Of a stretch of DNA of 64,000 bases, positions 26,101 through 44,627 are shown piece after piece. The notes under the pieces are model-generated. The model worked only from the letters and a program-made list of their open reading frames with translations. It ran no database searches and was not told the origin of the DNA. The number at the start of each line of letters is the position of its first letter. Within the stretch, counting starts at the first letter, position 1. This stretch comes from an uncultured delta proteobacterium (GTDB lineage Bacteria; Myxococcota_A; UBA9160; SMWR01): NCBI GenBank assembly GCA_963832165.1, contig CAWHTE010000004.1, positions 64,001 through 128,000 of the forward strand. Direction: 5' to 3'. The translations under genes were made by a program, and so were the position numbers.

Positions 26101-27342
26101 ATGCGCGAGCGTTCGCAGGTGCCGGTCGTGATACCGGCCGAGCTCTCGAAGCGTCTGGGGTTCGGAGACCAGGCGACCTCGGTGCGCCCGCTCGCGAACG
26201 GACCGCGCACGGTCCTGCTCGAACGCCTCGATGGCGATGGGGGCGCCGTACCCTGGGATCGAGACCTGGTCCTGTGCGCCGACGTGCGCGCGTTCACGCT
26301 CGCCGACGTGATGCAGCTCGTTCACGCATCGGGCAAATCCGGCTTCCTGCTGTTCGAGCACTCCGACTGCGCGAAGTGCGTCTACCTCCACGCGGGCGAA
26401 GTCGTCTTCGCGAGCTCGAACCAGCGCATCGACCGGCTCGGCGAGTCGCTCGTGCGCGCGGGCGTGATCTCTGCGGAGGACTTCCACTCGGCATCGGCCA
26501 CCTACCGGGGGCCTGGCCAGTTCGGGCGCTACCTGGTCGAGCGCGGCCTGCTCTCGCCACGCGAGCTCTGGGACGGCGTCAAGCGTCAGGTCGAGGACAT
26601 CGTGCGGTCGCTGTTCGCGTTCGGCACCGGACAGGTGCTCTTCTGGGAAGGAGAGGTGAGGCCCGACAACGTCGTGAGGCTCGCGCTCCCGACCGGTCGC
26701 CTGATCGAGGAGGGACTCGAGCACCGCGACGAGCTGCTCTCGTTCCTCGCGCAGCTCGAGGACAATCGCGTGCGGCTCGAGGCCGTGGAAGGGGCGCTGG
26801 GCCAGCTCGATGGGACCGCGGGTGCGATCATCTCGGCGCTCGGCCGCGTCGGCAGCTTCCCCGCAGTCTGCCAGAGCGTCGGGATCGACCCGCTCTCGGC
26901 CGCGCGAACCGTGGCGCTGCTCGATCAGATGGGCGCGCTGCGCGTGGTCCGCGGCGCTGCGGGCTCCGATGCTCCGGGGGCCGAGGCCGCACTGCGCGAA
27001 TGCGTGCTGGCACACGTTCACCTGCTCTCCGAGCTGAGCGCGCCCGTCGTCGCGATGGAGGGTGCCGAGCCCGTGCGGCTGCGCATCTCCGAGGTGGCGC
27101 GCGAAGCGGCCGAGCGGCATCCGCAGCTGCTCGCGGGGCTCCAGTTCGGACCGGGCGGCGCGCTCGACCCCGAAGTGCTGTTCGAGCGCGCGCTTTGCTT
27201 CCCGGGGGACCGCGAGCGCGAGGTGCGCGCGGCGCTCGGCGAGCTCGTCTCCTATACGGAGTTCGAGCTGCTGAACCATCCCAAGGTCAAGAACCCCGAG
27301 GAGTTCCTCGAGGCGCTCGAGTCGCTGCGCGCCGACCTCTGA
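26101..27342 (+). CDS. DUF4388 domain protein
   Basis: LADVMQLV..SGKSG.L, VYL..GEVVFASSN...RLGE.LV..G, FG.YLVE.G.L. Confidence 0.8.
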   Translation: MRERSQVPVVIPAELSKRLGFGDQATSVRPLANGPRTVLLERLDGDGGAVPWDRDLVLCADVRAFTLADVMQLVHASGKSGFLLFEHSDCAKCVYLHAGEVVFASSNQRIDRLGESLVRAGVISAEDFHSASATYRGPGQFGRYLVERGLLSPRELWDGVKRQVEDIVRSLFAFGTGQVLFWEGEVRPDNVVRLALPTGRLIEEGLEHRDELLSFLAQLEDNRVRLEAVEGALGQLDGTAGAIISALGRVGSFPAVCQSVGIDPLSAARTVALLDQMGALRVVRGAAGSDAPGAEAALRECVLAHVHLLSELSAPVVAMEGAEPVRLRISEVAREAAERHPQLLAGLQFGPGGALDPEVLFERALCFPGDREREVRAALGELVSYTEFELLNHPKVKNPEEFLEALESLRADL

Positions 27343-27363
27343 TCCGCGGGTATCTTCGCGGCC

Positions 27364-27400
27364 CAAGTTTCGCGCAGCGAGCGAAGGCGAGCGAAGACCA
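27364..27400 (+). repeat. Junction repeat (1-nt deletion) 4 nt before the rlmB start
   Basis: CAAGTTTCGCGCAGCGAGCGAAGGCGAGCGAAGACCA. Confidence 0.9.
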
Positions 27401-27404
27401 TAAG

Positions 27405-28199
27405 GTGGCGGGCGAAGAGCGTCGTTCATTCCGAAAGTCCGATCGCGGCGCGCGCGGTGGCCCCGAGCACCTGACCGGGCTCAATCCGATTCGCGAGGCG
27501 CTCGCCGCACGGCGCCGCGAGCTGCGGCGGCTCGATGTCCGCGCGGACGCGACCCATCCGGGGGTGGTCGACCTCGTGACCCGGGCGCGCCAGCTCGGCA
27601 TCCGCGTGCGCGAGCTCGCGGATCGCGAGGCTGGCGGGCTCGCCTCGCCTGGCATCGAGCTGGAGGCGGGGCCGCTGCCCGAGCTCGGACTCGAGGAGCT
27701 GCTCGTCGCGAGCCCGGCGCGGACGGAGCCGCGTACGCTCGTGGCGCTCGACGGAGTGGAAGACCCCCAGAACCTCGGCGCGATCGCGCGCGTCGCCGAG
27801 TCGGCGGGGGCCGAGGGGCTGATCCTCACGTTCCGACACGCGCCGCCGCTCTCGGCCGCGGTCTCGCGCGCGAGCGCAGGTGCGATCGAATGGCTGCCGG
27901 TCGCGCGGGTTCCGAACCTGTCGCGCGCGCTCGAAGTCCTCCAGGGGGAGGGCTTCTGGGTGCTCGGGGCTGACGAGCAGGCGGCCGACTCCCTCTACGA
28001 GCTCCCCGAGAGCCTCGCCCGGGCCGACCGGGTGGTGGTGCTGGGCGCCGAGGGGCGCGGGATTCGGCCCGGTGTAGTGAAGCGACTCGACCAGCATCTG
28101 CGGATTCCCCTCCGGGGAAAGGTCGCTTCGCTCAACGTCTCGACCGCGGCCTCCGTGGTGCTGTTCGAGCTCGGGCGCCGGGCCGGGGTGTCCCGGTAA
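27405..28199 (+). CDS. rlmB: 23S rRNA (G2251-2'-O)-methyltransferase, SPOUT family
   Basis: LDGVEDPQNLGAIAR, ASAGAIE, VLGAEGRG, SLNVS.A. Confidence 0.9.
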   Translation: MAGEERRSFRKSDRGARGGPEHLTGLNPIREALAARRRELRRLDVRADATHPGVVDLVTRARQLGIRVRELADREAGGLASPGIELEAGPLPELGLEELLVASPARTEPRTLVALDGVEDPQNLGAIARVAESAGAEGLILTFRHAPPLSAAVSRASAGAIEWLPVARVPNLSRALEVLQGEGFWVLGADEQAADSLYELPESLARADRVVVLGAEGRGIRPGVVKRLDQHLRIPLRGKVASLNVSTAASVVLFELGRRAGVSR

Positions 28200-28249
28200 T
28201 CGAGTGATCCCGCAGCGGGTTTCTCGACGAGCTTCCGGCCCTCGAGCCG

Positions 28250-28278
28250 TTGCCCCGCTGGGGTGTGGCCCCTATAGT
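28250..28278 (+). promoter_or_regulatory. Sigma70-type promoter of the tRNA-tuf operon
   Basis: TTGCCC-17 nt-TATAGT, ending 20 nt upstream of tRNA-Thr. Confidence 0.6.
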
Positions 28279-28298
28279 GTCGAACCGATCGTCTCCGC

Positions 28299-28374
28299 GC
28301 TGGCGTAGCTCAACGGGTAGAGCAGCTGATTTGTAATCAGCAGGTTGCGGGTTCGAGTCCCATCGCCAGCTCCA
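28299..28374 (+). tRNA. tRNA-Thr(TGT)
   Basis: Cloverleaf, anticodon arm GCTGA-TTTGTAA-TCAGC, CCA end. Confidence 0.96.
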
Positions 28375-28642
28375 GCGCGGAACGCGAGCCCACATCGGGC
28401 GATCACGATCACTCGAGTCACCTCCCGGATCCACACCGGGTACGAATAACAACAACCAGCGGACGCACCGCGGCGACGCGGGCGGGGTTTTCGAAAACGG
28501 GTCGGCCTAACCGGGCAACGGCCAAACCGGTTTTCCTTCACGATCGCGGGCAGCAGCGATCGCGAGGGCGGGGACTCTTCACTCTTTGCTTCTTTCTTCA
28601 AACACGGTCAGGCGGGACGGCGGGGTTCAGCTGATTTCAGCT

Positions 28643-28727
28643 GGAGAGGTACCGAAGCGGTCAAACGGGGCAGACTGTAAATCTGTTGGCTTTGCCTTCG
28701 GAGGTTCGAATCCTCCCCTCTCCACCA
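28643..28727 (+). tRNA. tRNA-Tyr(GTA)
   Basis: GGAGAGG...CCTCTCC-ACCA, anticodon loop CTGTAAA, variable arm. Confidence 0.96.
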
Positions 28728-28767
28728 CTTCGCGCGCCTCCACGATCTCAACAGGACTGATTCGGGT

Positions 28768-28844
28768 GCGGGAATAGCTCAGCTGGCTAGAGCACGAGCC
28801 TTCCAAGCTCGGGGTCGCGGGTTCGAATCCCGTTTCCCGCTCCA
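28768..28844 (+). tRNA. tRNA-Gly(TCC)
   Basis: GCGGGAA...TTCCCGC-TCCA, anticodon loop CTTCCAA. Confidence 0.96.
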
Positions 28845-28888
28845 CGTCGACGGCGCCCGCTCACACAACACAACACGAGGCTTCGAAC

Positions 28889-28964
28889 GCCCACGTAGCT
28901 CAGGTGGTAGAGCACGTCCTTGGTAAGGACGAGGTCAGCGGTTCAAGCCCGCTCGTGGGCTCCA
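28889..28964 (+). tRNA. tRNA-Thr(GGT)
   Basis: GCCCACG...CGTGGGC-TCCA, anticodon loop TTGGTAA. Confidence 0.96.
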
Positions 28965-29001
28965 CCAGGAACGAAATCCGCGCACCGGAGGAAGACAGGA
29001 G

Positions 29002-30193
<1,192 letters not shown>

Positions 30194-30246
30194 CAACGCG
30201 CGCAGCGAAGTGATCCGCGCGCGCCGACGCGCGCGAGCAGTGTCGA

Positions 30247-30322
30247 AGGCGCGTAGCACAATTGGTAGTGCACCGGTCTCCAAAACCGGGGGTTGGGGGT
30301 TCGAGTCCCTCCGCGCCTGCCA
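30247..30322 (+). tRNA. tRNA-Trp(CCA)
   Basis: AGGCGCG...CGCGCCT-GCCA, anticodon loop CTCCAAA. Confidence 0.96.
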
Positions 30323-30364
30323 GAAATCAAAGAGTCGAGGGAGAGAGTGGGAGGCTTGGGAGCG

Positions 30365-30574
30365 ATGGAGTGGAATCCCATGGTCTGGGTTTCCGATGGC
30401 CGCCAGTTCCTGCTCGAGGTGCGCGCCGAGTTCCGCAAGGTGACCTGGCCGACCCGGCAGGAAGCCATGGCGGGAACGATCGGAGTCCTGGTCGTGGTAG
30501 GCGTGCTCACGGTCGCCCTGTCGATCGTCGATTTCGGTCTCTCCAGAGCGATTCAGTTCGTCATTCCTTCCTGA
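30365..30574 (+). CDS. secE: Preprotein translocase subunit SecE
   Basis: FLLEVRAEFRKVTWP plus one TM helix; synteny. Confidence 0.93.
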   Translation: MEWNPMVWVSDGRQFLLEVRAEFRKVTWPTRQEAMAGTIGVLVVVGVLTVALSIVDFGLSRAIQFVIPS

Positions 30575-30594
30575 TCCGATTCCGCGGAGATTCG

Positions 30595-31125
30595 ATGGCG
30601 AAACAGTGGTACATCGTCCACACCTACTCCGGGCACGAGAACAAGGCCATGCAGGCCCTGCTCGAGCGCGCGAAGGCGATGGGCAAGGCCGACCTGTTCG
30701 ACGAGGTGCTGATTCCCGAGGAGACCGTCGTCGAGATGGTCAAGGGGTCGAAGCGCACCTCGAAGCGCAAGTATTTCCCCGGCTACATCCTCGTGCGCAT
30801 GGAGCTCACCGACGAGACGTGGCACATCGTGCGCGGCACGCCGAAGATCACGGGCTTCGTCGGCGGAGACAAGACGCCGCCGCCGATCTCGGACGACGAA
30901 GTCGCCGCGATGACGCAGCAGATCCGCGACGGCGCCGCGAAGCCGAAGCCCAAGATCCTGTTCGACGCGGGCGACAGCGTGCGCGTGGTGAGCGGACCGT
31001 TCGCGAACTTCTCCGGCTACATCGACGAGGTGATGGAGGACAAGGAGAAGCTCAAGGTGATGGTGCACGTTTTCGGTCGCGCGACCCCGGTGGTGCTCGA
31101 CTACACGAACGTGGAAAAGGCCTAG
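30595..31125 (+). CDS. nusG: Transcription termination/antitermination factor NusG
   Basis: [33 protein letters not shown]. Confidence 0.97.
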   Translation: MAKQWYIVHTYSGHENKAMQALLERAKAMGKADLFDEVLIPEETVVEMVKGSKRTSKRKYFPGYILVRMELTDETWHIVRGTPKITGFVGGDKTPPPISDDEVAAMTQQIRDGAAKPKPKILFDAGDSVRVVSGPFANFSGYIDEVMEDKEKLKVMVHVFGRATPVVLDYTNVEKA

Positions 31126-31135
31126 GAGTTCTTCG

Positions 31136-31561
31136 TTGGCAAAGAAAGTCGTTGCGATCGTGAAGCTGCAGTGCCCGGCCGGCGCGGCCAACCCGTCGCC
31201 GCCGGTCGGTCCCGCACTCGGCCAGCACGGCGTGAACATCATGGAGTTCTGCAAGTCGTTCAACGCGCGCACGCAGGACAAGGCGGGCCTGATCATTCCC
31301 GCGGTGATCACGGTGTATTCCGATCGCTCGTTCACGTTCGAGCTGCGGACGCCTCCCGCGGCCGTGCTGCTGAAGCGCGCCGCGAAGATCGCGAAGGGAT
31401 CCGGTCAGCCGAACCGCGACAAGGTCGGGAAGGTCACGCGCAAGCAGTTGGTGGAGATCGCGGAGTTGAAGGCGCCCGATCTGAACGCACACGACGTGAA
31501 CGCGGCGGTGGCGATCATCGCCGGTACCGCCCGATCGATGGGAATCGAGGTCGAGGGTTAG
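31136..31561 (+). CDS. rplK: 50S ribosomal protein L11
   Basis: [23 protein letters not shown]. Confidence 0.98.
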   Translation: MAKKVVAIVKLQCPAGAANPSPPVGPALGQHGVNIMEFCKSFNARTQDKAGLIIPAVITVYSDRSFTFELRTPPAAVLLKRAAKIAKGSGQPNRDKVGKVTRKQLVEIAELKAPDLNAHDVNAAVAIIAGTARSMGIEVEG

Positions 31562-31563
31562 TC

Positions 31564-32268
31564 ATGGCGAAGGACAAGCGATTCAATACCGCCGCGTCGC
31601 TGATCGATCCCGAGCAGTCCTACTCGCTCGTGGACGCGGTGGGGCTGCTCAAGGGCGCGGCGGGACCGAAGTTCGACGAGAGCATCGACCTCGCGATGAA
31701 TCTCGGCGTCGATCCGCGGCACGCCGACCAGATGGTGCGCGGCGCGATCGTGCTGCCCCACGGCATCGGCAAGGACACCCGCGTGGTCGTGTTCGCGAAG
31801 GGGGCCAAGGAGACGGAGGCGCGCAATGCGGGCGCAGACTTCGTCGGCGGCGAGGATCTGGCCAAGAAGATCACCGACGAGGGATGGCTCGATTTCGAGC
31901 GCGTGATCGCCACGCCCGACATGATGAGCGTGGTGGGTCGCCTCGGTAAGGTGCTCGGTCCGCGCGGCCTGATGCCCAACCCGAAGCTCGGCACCGTGAC
32001 GATGGACGTCGCCACTGCGGTGCGCGAGAACAAGGCCGGCAAGGTCGAGTACAAAGTTGACAAGTCGGGCATCATTCACGCCGTCGTCGGGAAGAAGTCC
32101 TTCGACGCCCAGAAGATCGTCGACAACGCGGCGGCACTGATCGACGCGATCGTGCGCGCGAAGCCGTCGTCCTCGAAGGGCATCTACCTCAAGAAGATCA
32201 CGATCTCGACCACGATGGGGCCTGGGATCCGGATCGATCCGGCGACTCTGCCGGCGGCAGCGGCATAA
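31564..32268 (+). CDS. rplA: 50S ribosomal protein L1
   Basis: [30 protein letters not shown]. Confidence 0.98.
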   Translation: MAKDKRFNTAASLIDPEQSYSLVDAVGLLKGAAGPKFDESIDLAMNLGVDPRHADQMVRGAIVLPHGIGKDTRVVVFAKGAKETEARNAGADFVGGEDLAKKITDEGWLDFERVIATPDMMSVVGRLGKVLGPRGLMPNPKLGTVTMDVATAVRENKAGKVEYKVDKSGIIHAVVGKKSFDAQKIVDNAAALIDAIVRAKPSSSKGIYLKKITISTTMGPGIRIDPATLPAAAA

Positions 32269-32279
32269 GGGGGCACGTC

Positions 32280-32813
32280 TTGCTTTCGCGAGCGCAAAAA
32301 GAAGCCCAGGTGGCCGAGCTGAAGGACAAGTTCAGCCGCGCGACTTGCTTGTACCTCGTCGACTATCGCGGGCTCGACGTCGAGTCGGTGAACAAGCTGC
32401 GCCGCCGCGTGCGCAAAGAGGGCGACGGCAAGCACGAGTACCGCGTGCTCAAGAACGCGGTGCTGCGCCGCGCCGTCGAGGGATCCGAGTACGCGAGCGT
32501 CGTCGAGAAGTTCGTGGGGCCCACCGCCGTCGCGCTGTCGTACGGCGATCCCGCGGGCCTCGCGAAGATCCTCGATCAGTTCGCCGAGGAGAACCAGAAG
32601 TTCGAACTCAAGGGAGGCGTCGTCGACGGCGTCGCGCTCGAGCGCGCCGACATCGCGAAGCTCGCGACGCTGCCGAGTCTCGACGAGCTGCGCGGGAAGA
32701 TCGTCGGGCTCCTGCTGGCTCCCGCGACCAAGCTCGCGCGGCTCATCTCCGAGCCGGGCGCGGGCCTCGCGCGACTGCTCGCCGCGCACGCCAAACAGGG
32801 GGAGGCGGGCTGA
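32280..32813 (+). CDS. rplJ: 50S ribosomal protein L10
   Basis: DYRGL, KN..LRRA, GPTAVA, LATLPS. Confidence 0.96.
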   Translation: MLSRAQKEAQVAELKDKFSRATCLYLVDYRGLDVESVNKLRRRVRKEGDGKHEYRVLKNAVLRRAVEGSEYASVVEKFVGPTAVALSYGDPAGLAKILDQFAEENQKFELKGGVVDGVALERADIAKLATLPSLDELRGKIVGLLLAPATKLARLISEPGAGLARLLAAHAKQGEAG

Positions 32814-32899
32814 GCCTCCCCATCAACCGTCTCCGGTTCTCGATTCCTTTCAACATCTGCTCGGTGATCCGGGCACAGTCCAGAGGGTAGAACGCAATC

Positions 32900-33271
32900 A
32901 TGGCCGATCTGAACGCAATCGTGGACAACCTCTCGAGCCTCACGGTGATGGAGGCCGCAGAGCTCGCCAAGCTGCTCGAAGAGAAGTGGGGCGTCTCCGC
33001 CGCCGCGCCTGTGGCCGTGGCAGCCGGAGCAGTGGCCGCCGCGCCTGCCGCGGCAGAGAAGGAGGAGTTCGACGTGATCCTCCTCTCCGCGGGCGACAAG
33101 AAGATCCAGGTGATCAAGGAAGTGCGAGCCATCACGAGCCTCGGCCTCAAGGAGGCGAAGGATCTCGTGGAGGGTGCGCCCAAGCCGCTCAAGGAGGGCG
33201 TCACCAAGGAAGAGGCGGCAAAGCTCAAGGAGCAGATCGAAGCCGCTGGTGGTCAGGTCGACATCAAGTAG
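32900..33271 (+). CDS. rplL: 50S ribosomal protein L7/L12
   Basis: [34 protein letters not shown]. Confidence 0.98.
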   Translation: MADLNAIVDNLSSLTVMEAAELAKLLEEKWGVSAAAPVAVAAGAVAAAPAAAEKEEFDVILLSAGDKKIQVIKEVRAITSLGLKEAKDLVEGAPKPLKEGVTKEEAAKLKEQIEAAGGQVDIK

Positions 33272-33359
33272 CCGAGCGCGCGGCCGGCGTTCTGACCGGC
33301 CGTGCGTGATTCGACCGTCGGGCCCCCTAACACCGCCATCCGGAGGGTGAAACCAACCC

Positions 33360-37550
<4,191 letters not shown>

Positions 37551-37565
37551 GAGAGGTCATCCCCT

Positions 37566-41747
<4,182 letters not shown>

Positions 41748-41753
41748 TTCGCC

Positions 41754-41781
41754 AGGCGGGCGACCCTTCGGTCGCCCGCCT
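41754..41781. terminator. Strong hairpin between convergent rpoC and the tadG-like gene
   Basis: AGGCGGGCGACC-CTTC-GGTCGCCCGCCT, 12-bp stem, weak U tract. Confidence 0.75.
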
Positions 41782-41801
41782 TACTCAGCCGATCGAGACG
41801 G

Positions 41802-43070
41802 CTACTCGACCAGAACGAGCTGGTTCGCGCGCAGACCGAAGTTGCAGCCGCCCGGCGCGGTCGGGTTCTCTTCCTCGTCGTCGTCGCGGCAGTACTGGTC
41901 GAACAGCGCGCGAACCTGGGCGTCGGTCGAATTCGGGCACAGCGCGCGCCCCTTGATCAAGCGGCTCGTGCCCGTCAATGGCGCGGAGCAGCCCTTGCCC
42001 GGCGCGGGCGCGATGATCTCGCGAATCTCGAAGCACACGCCGCCCGTGATCTTGAACGGCGAACCGCCCGCACAGTGCGCGGTGTCCTGGCACTCCACCA
42101 CGGGCAGCTTCACTACCCAGGAGTCGGGGAAGCCGCCCCCGTACAGACTCGCGCCTGCGGGCGTGTTGAACTTGCCGCAGCCGTAGAACTTGTCGCGGAT
42201 GTAATCGGTGACGGCCGTCTTGTCGCCGTTGTCGAGATAGACCGCATCGCCCGCGTCGACGCCGACAGGGTTTCCGTCGTCCACGATCCCCTTGAGACCC
42301 GGCACGTTGATCGCCGGGTGTTCGCCGTCAAACGCCGTGTAGCACATGTTCTGATCGGCGGTGTTGGAGAACTCCCCGCAGATCATCCCCGCGGTGTTGG
42401 TCTGCGGCCGCTCGAGCGCGCAGGCGCCCGACGGGATGTGCGTGCAAAAGTCGTTGCCACAGCCGCCGTTGTTCGAGAGCTCGCAACTGTCGATCGCGAC
42501 CGGGAGGTTGAAGTCGCCGGGCTCCCAACTGCCCACGAAACCCTTGTAGGCAACCGCTGTGTTCGCGACGTCGAAGCCGTCGAGATAGGGCCGCGAGTCG
42601 TCCTCGCGCTGGAGGAGCCGCGAGAGCAGGCCCGGCGAGCGCGCGTTCTTGGAGCCGTCCATGTCCACGTTCACGCGCACGCCCGTGACCAGGTCCGGGT
42701 TGGTCAGGTCGACCGAGGTATCGAGCGTGCGTGTGTTGAGGTCCCAGTTGCCGAAGGTGAAGTCGCCGGGCACCACGGTGACCGAGTCGTTGGCCACGGT
42801 GGAGTTGCTGGCGGCGTAGGTGGTCCCCACGGTGATGGCGTTGCCCAGCGTGACCGTCGCCGCACCGGTACCCACCTGGTTGATCATCGTCGAGGCCGCC
42901 GCTAGCGCCGCGGCGTCCCCCGCGTTCTGGCTCTGGGTGCGGCTCGCCCAGATGAAGCCGACGTCGATCGCGAGCGCCGCGAACAGAACGAGCGCCACCA
43001 TCGCCAGCGCCGCGATCACCATCACCGAGCCGCGCTCTGCGCGCTGCTTCGGGGTCCGATTCTCTCTCAT
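41802..43070 (-). CDS. TadG-like Flp/Tad pilus assembly (pseudopilin/adhesin) protein with a Cys-rich C-terminus
   Basis: ERGSVMVIAAL...ALAIDVG......QNAGDAAALAAA Tad N-terminal motif; FG.WD; RBS GGAGG. Confidence 0.82.
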   Translation of the reverse strand: MRENRTPKQRAERGSVMVIAALAMVALVLFAALAIDVGFIWASRTQSQNAGDAAALAAASTMINQVGTGAATVTLGNAITVGTTYAASNSTVANDSVTVVPGDFTFGNWDLNTRTLDTSVDLTNPDLVTGVRVNVDMDGSKNARSPGLLSRLLQREDDSRPYLDGFDVANTAVAYKGFVGSWEPGDFNLPVAIDSCELSNNGGCGNDFCTHIPSGACALERPQTNTAGMICGEFSNTADQNMCYTAFDGEHPAINVPGLKGIVDDGNPVGVDAGDAVYLDNGDKTAVTDYIRDKFYGCGKFNTPAGASLYGGGFPDSWVVKLPVVECQDTAHCAGGSPFKITGGVCFEIREIIAPAPGKGCSAPLTGTSRLIKGRALCPNSTDAQVRALFDQYCRDDDEEENPTAPGGCNFGLRANQLVLVE

Positions 43071-43444
43071 GCTCAGCCTCCGGGTTCCTGCTCCGCGCCA
43101 GGTGCGCGCTGCGAGAGCTCGGAGGCACGCTCGAGCGGGTCCGGGACCCGGTCGGAGGGGCTGCTCGTCAGGAGCACTGCCCCTCCGTGGAGGATCCACG
43201 TCCAGCCGCCCATCCGCGTTCCTGCTCAGCTTTCGCAACTTCCGCGCGGGGATCGCATCCTACCACGCGGGCACTGGCACCGTTTCGAGGTTTTTTGGCT
43301 ACCCGGGTGGCCGGGAAGCATCCCGACCCGGTCGCGGGCCCGTCCCGGCGGGGACGAAGCTCGCTTCCAGGTCGAGATACAGAGTGGGTGGCCGGTCGCC
43401 CGATCGAGGTTGCACAAGGGTCGATTTCCGTCGCTGTGCGTGCG

Positions 43445-43472
43445 TTGACAGGGGTCCCAAGGTCGCTAGGAT
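43445..43472 (+). promoter_or_regulatory. Sigma70-type promoter of the str/S10 operon
   Basis: TTGACA-16 nt-TAGGAT, ~200 nt upstream of rpsL. Confidence 0.65.
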
Positions 43473-43630
43473 CCGCCAGTTTTTCGACTTAGGGCCGCTC
43501 TCCCGCGGTTCGCCTCCGACGAGCGGAGGGGGTTCCTCGAAGCGCATCGCTTCCGGTCCCTCCGCGAGCGGCAGGCTGAACGTGGGGGAGCGGTGTCTTT
43601 CGGGAATCAAACTTTCTTTTGAGCGCTGGG

Positions 43631-43658
43631 CAAGTTTCGCGCAGCGAGCGAACGACCA
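43631..43658 (+). repeat. Internally deleted junction repeat in the rpsL 5' leader
   Basis: CAAGTTTCGCGCAGCGAGCGAACGACCA. Confidence 0.8.
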
Positions 43659-43676
43659 GATCGGAGTAGACCCCTC

Positions 43677-44048
43677 ATGCCCACCGTTCAGCAGCTCGTG
43701 CGCCACGGTCGCAAGCGACCGCGCTCGCGCTCGAAGTCGCCCGACCTGCTCTCGTGTCCGCAGCGGCGCGGTGTGTGTCTGCGCGTGTTCACGCAGACAC
43801 CCAAGAAGCCGAACTCGGCACTGCGCAAGGTTGCGCGCGTTCGCCTCACCAACGGCCGCGAGGTCAACGCCTACATCCCCGGCGAGGGACACAACCTCCA
43901 GGAGCACAGCGTCGTGCTGATCCGCGGCGGACGCGTGAAGGATCTTCCGGGTGTCCGCTACCACATCGTGCGCGGCACGCTCGACACGACCGGAGTGACG
44001 GCGCGCCACCGCAGCCGTTCGAAGTACGGCGCCAAACGTCCGAAGTAG
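43677..44048 (+). CDS. rpsL: 30S ribosomal protein S12
   Basis: [21 protein letters not shown]. Confidence 0.98.
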   Translation: MPTVQQLVRHGRKRPRSRSKSPDLLSCPQRRGVCLRVFTQTPKKPNSALRKVARVRLTNGREVNAYIPGEGHNLQEHSVVLIRGGRVKDLPGVRYHIVRGTLDTTGVTARHRSRSKYGAKRPK

Positions 44049-44137
44049 TCCGATTTCGGCAACCGGGCGCCGTCGGAGGTCGGCAGCGCCCGGCCGCCGC
44101 ATGATCGTCCGCGCTCGCGCGGTGAGAGAGATCCGAG

Positions 44138-44608
44138 ATGCCCCGACGGCGCGACGTTCCGAAGCGCGAGACGCTGCCCGATCCGAAGTACAGCGATCGG
44201 ATGGTGGGTCGCTTCGTCAACGTCCTGATGGTGGACGGCAAGAAGAGCACCGCCGAGCACATCGTCTACGGCGCGTTCCAGGTGATCGAGTCGAAGACGC
44301 GGAACGATCCGTTGGCGATGTTCCGCCGCGCACTCGAGAACGTTCGACCCCGCGTCGAGGTGAAGTCGCGGCGCGTCGGCGGCGCGACCTATCAGGTTCC
44401 GATCGAGGTTCGGCCGGAGCGCGCGTCTTCGCTCGCAATGCGCTGGCTCAAGGAGTACGCGCGCGGGCGCGCGGGCAAGAGCATGCGCGAGAAGCTGGCC
44501 GACGAGATCATCGATGCGGCGAACGAGCGCGGCGAGGCGGTCAAGAAGCGCGAAGACACCCATCGGATGGCGGAGGCCAACAAGGCCTTCTCCCACTACC
44601 GCTGGTAA
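44138..44608 (+). CDS. rpsG: 30S ribosomal protein S7
   Basis: [21 protein letters not shown]. Confidence 0.98.
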   Translation: MPRRRDVPKRETLPDPKYSDRMVGRFVNVLMVDGKKSTAEHIVYGAFQVIESKTRNDPLAMFRRALENVRPRVEVKSRRVGGATYQVPIEVRPERASSLAMRWLKEYARGRAGKSMREKLADEIIDAANERGEAVKKREDTHRMAEANKAFSHYRW

Positions 44609-44627
44609 CGGAGCGCCCGAGATCGTC

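Noticed and set aside
43071..43260. c-di-GMP riboswitch upstream of the tadG-like gene
   Set aside because: A hairpin is present, but I could not match the class I or II consensus by eye.
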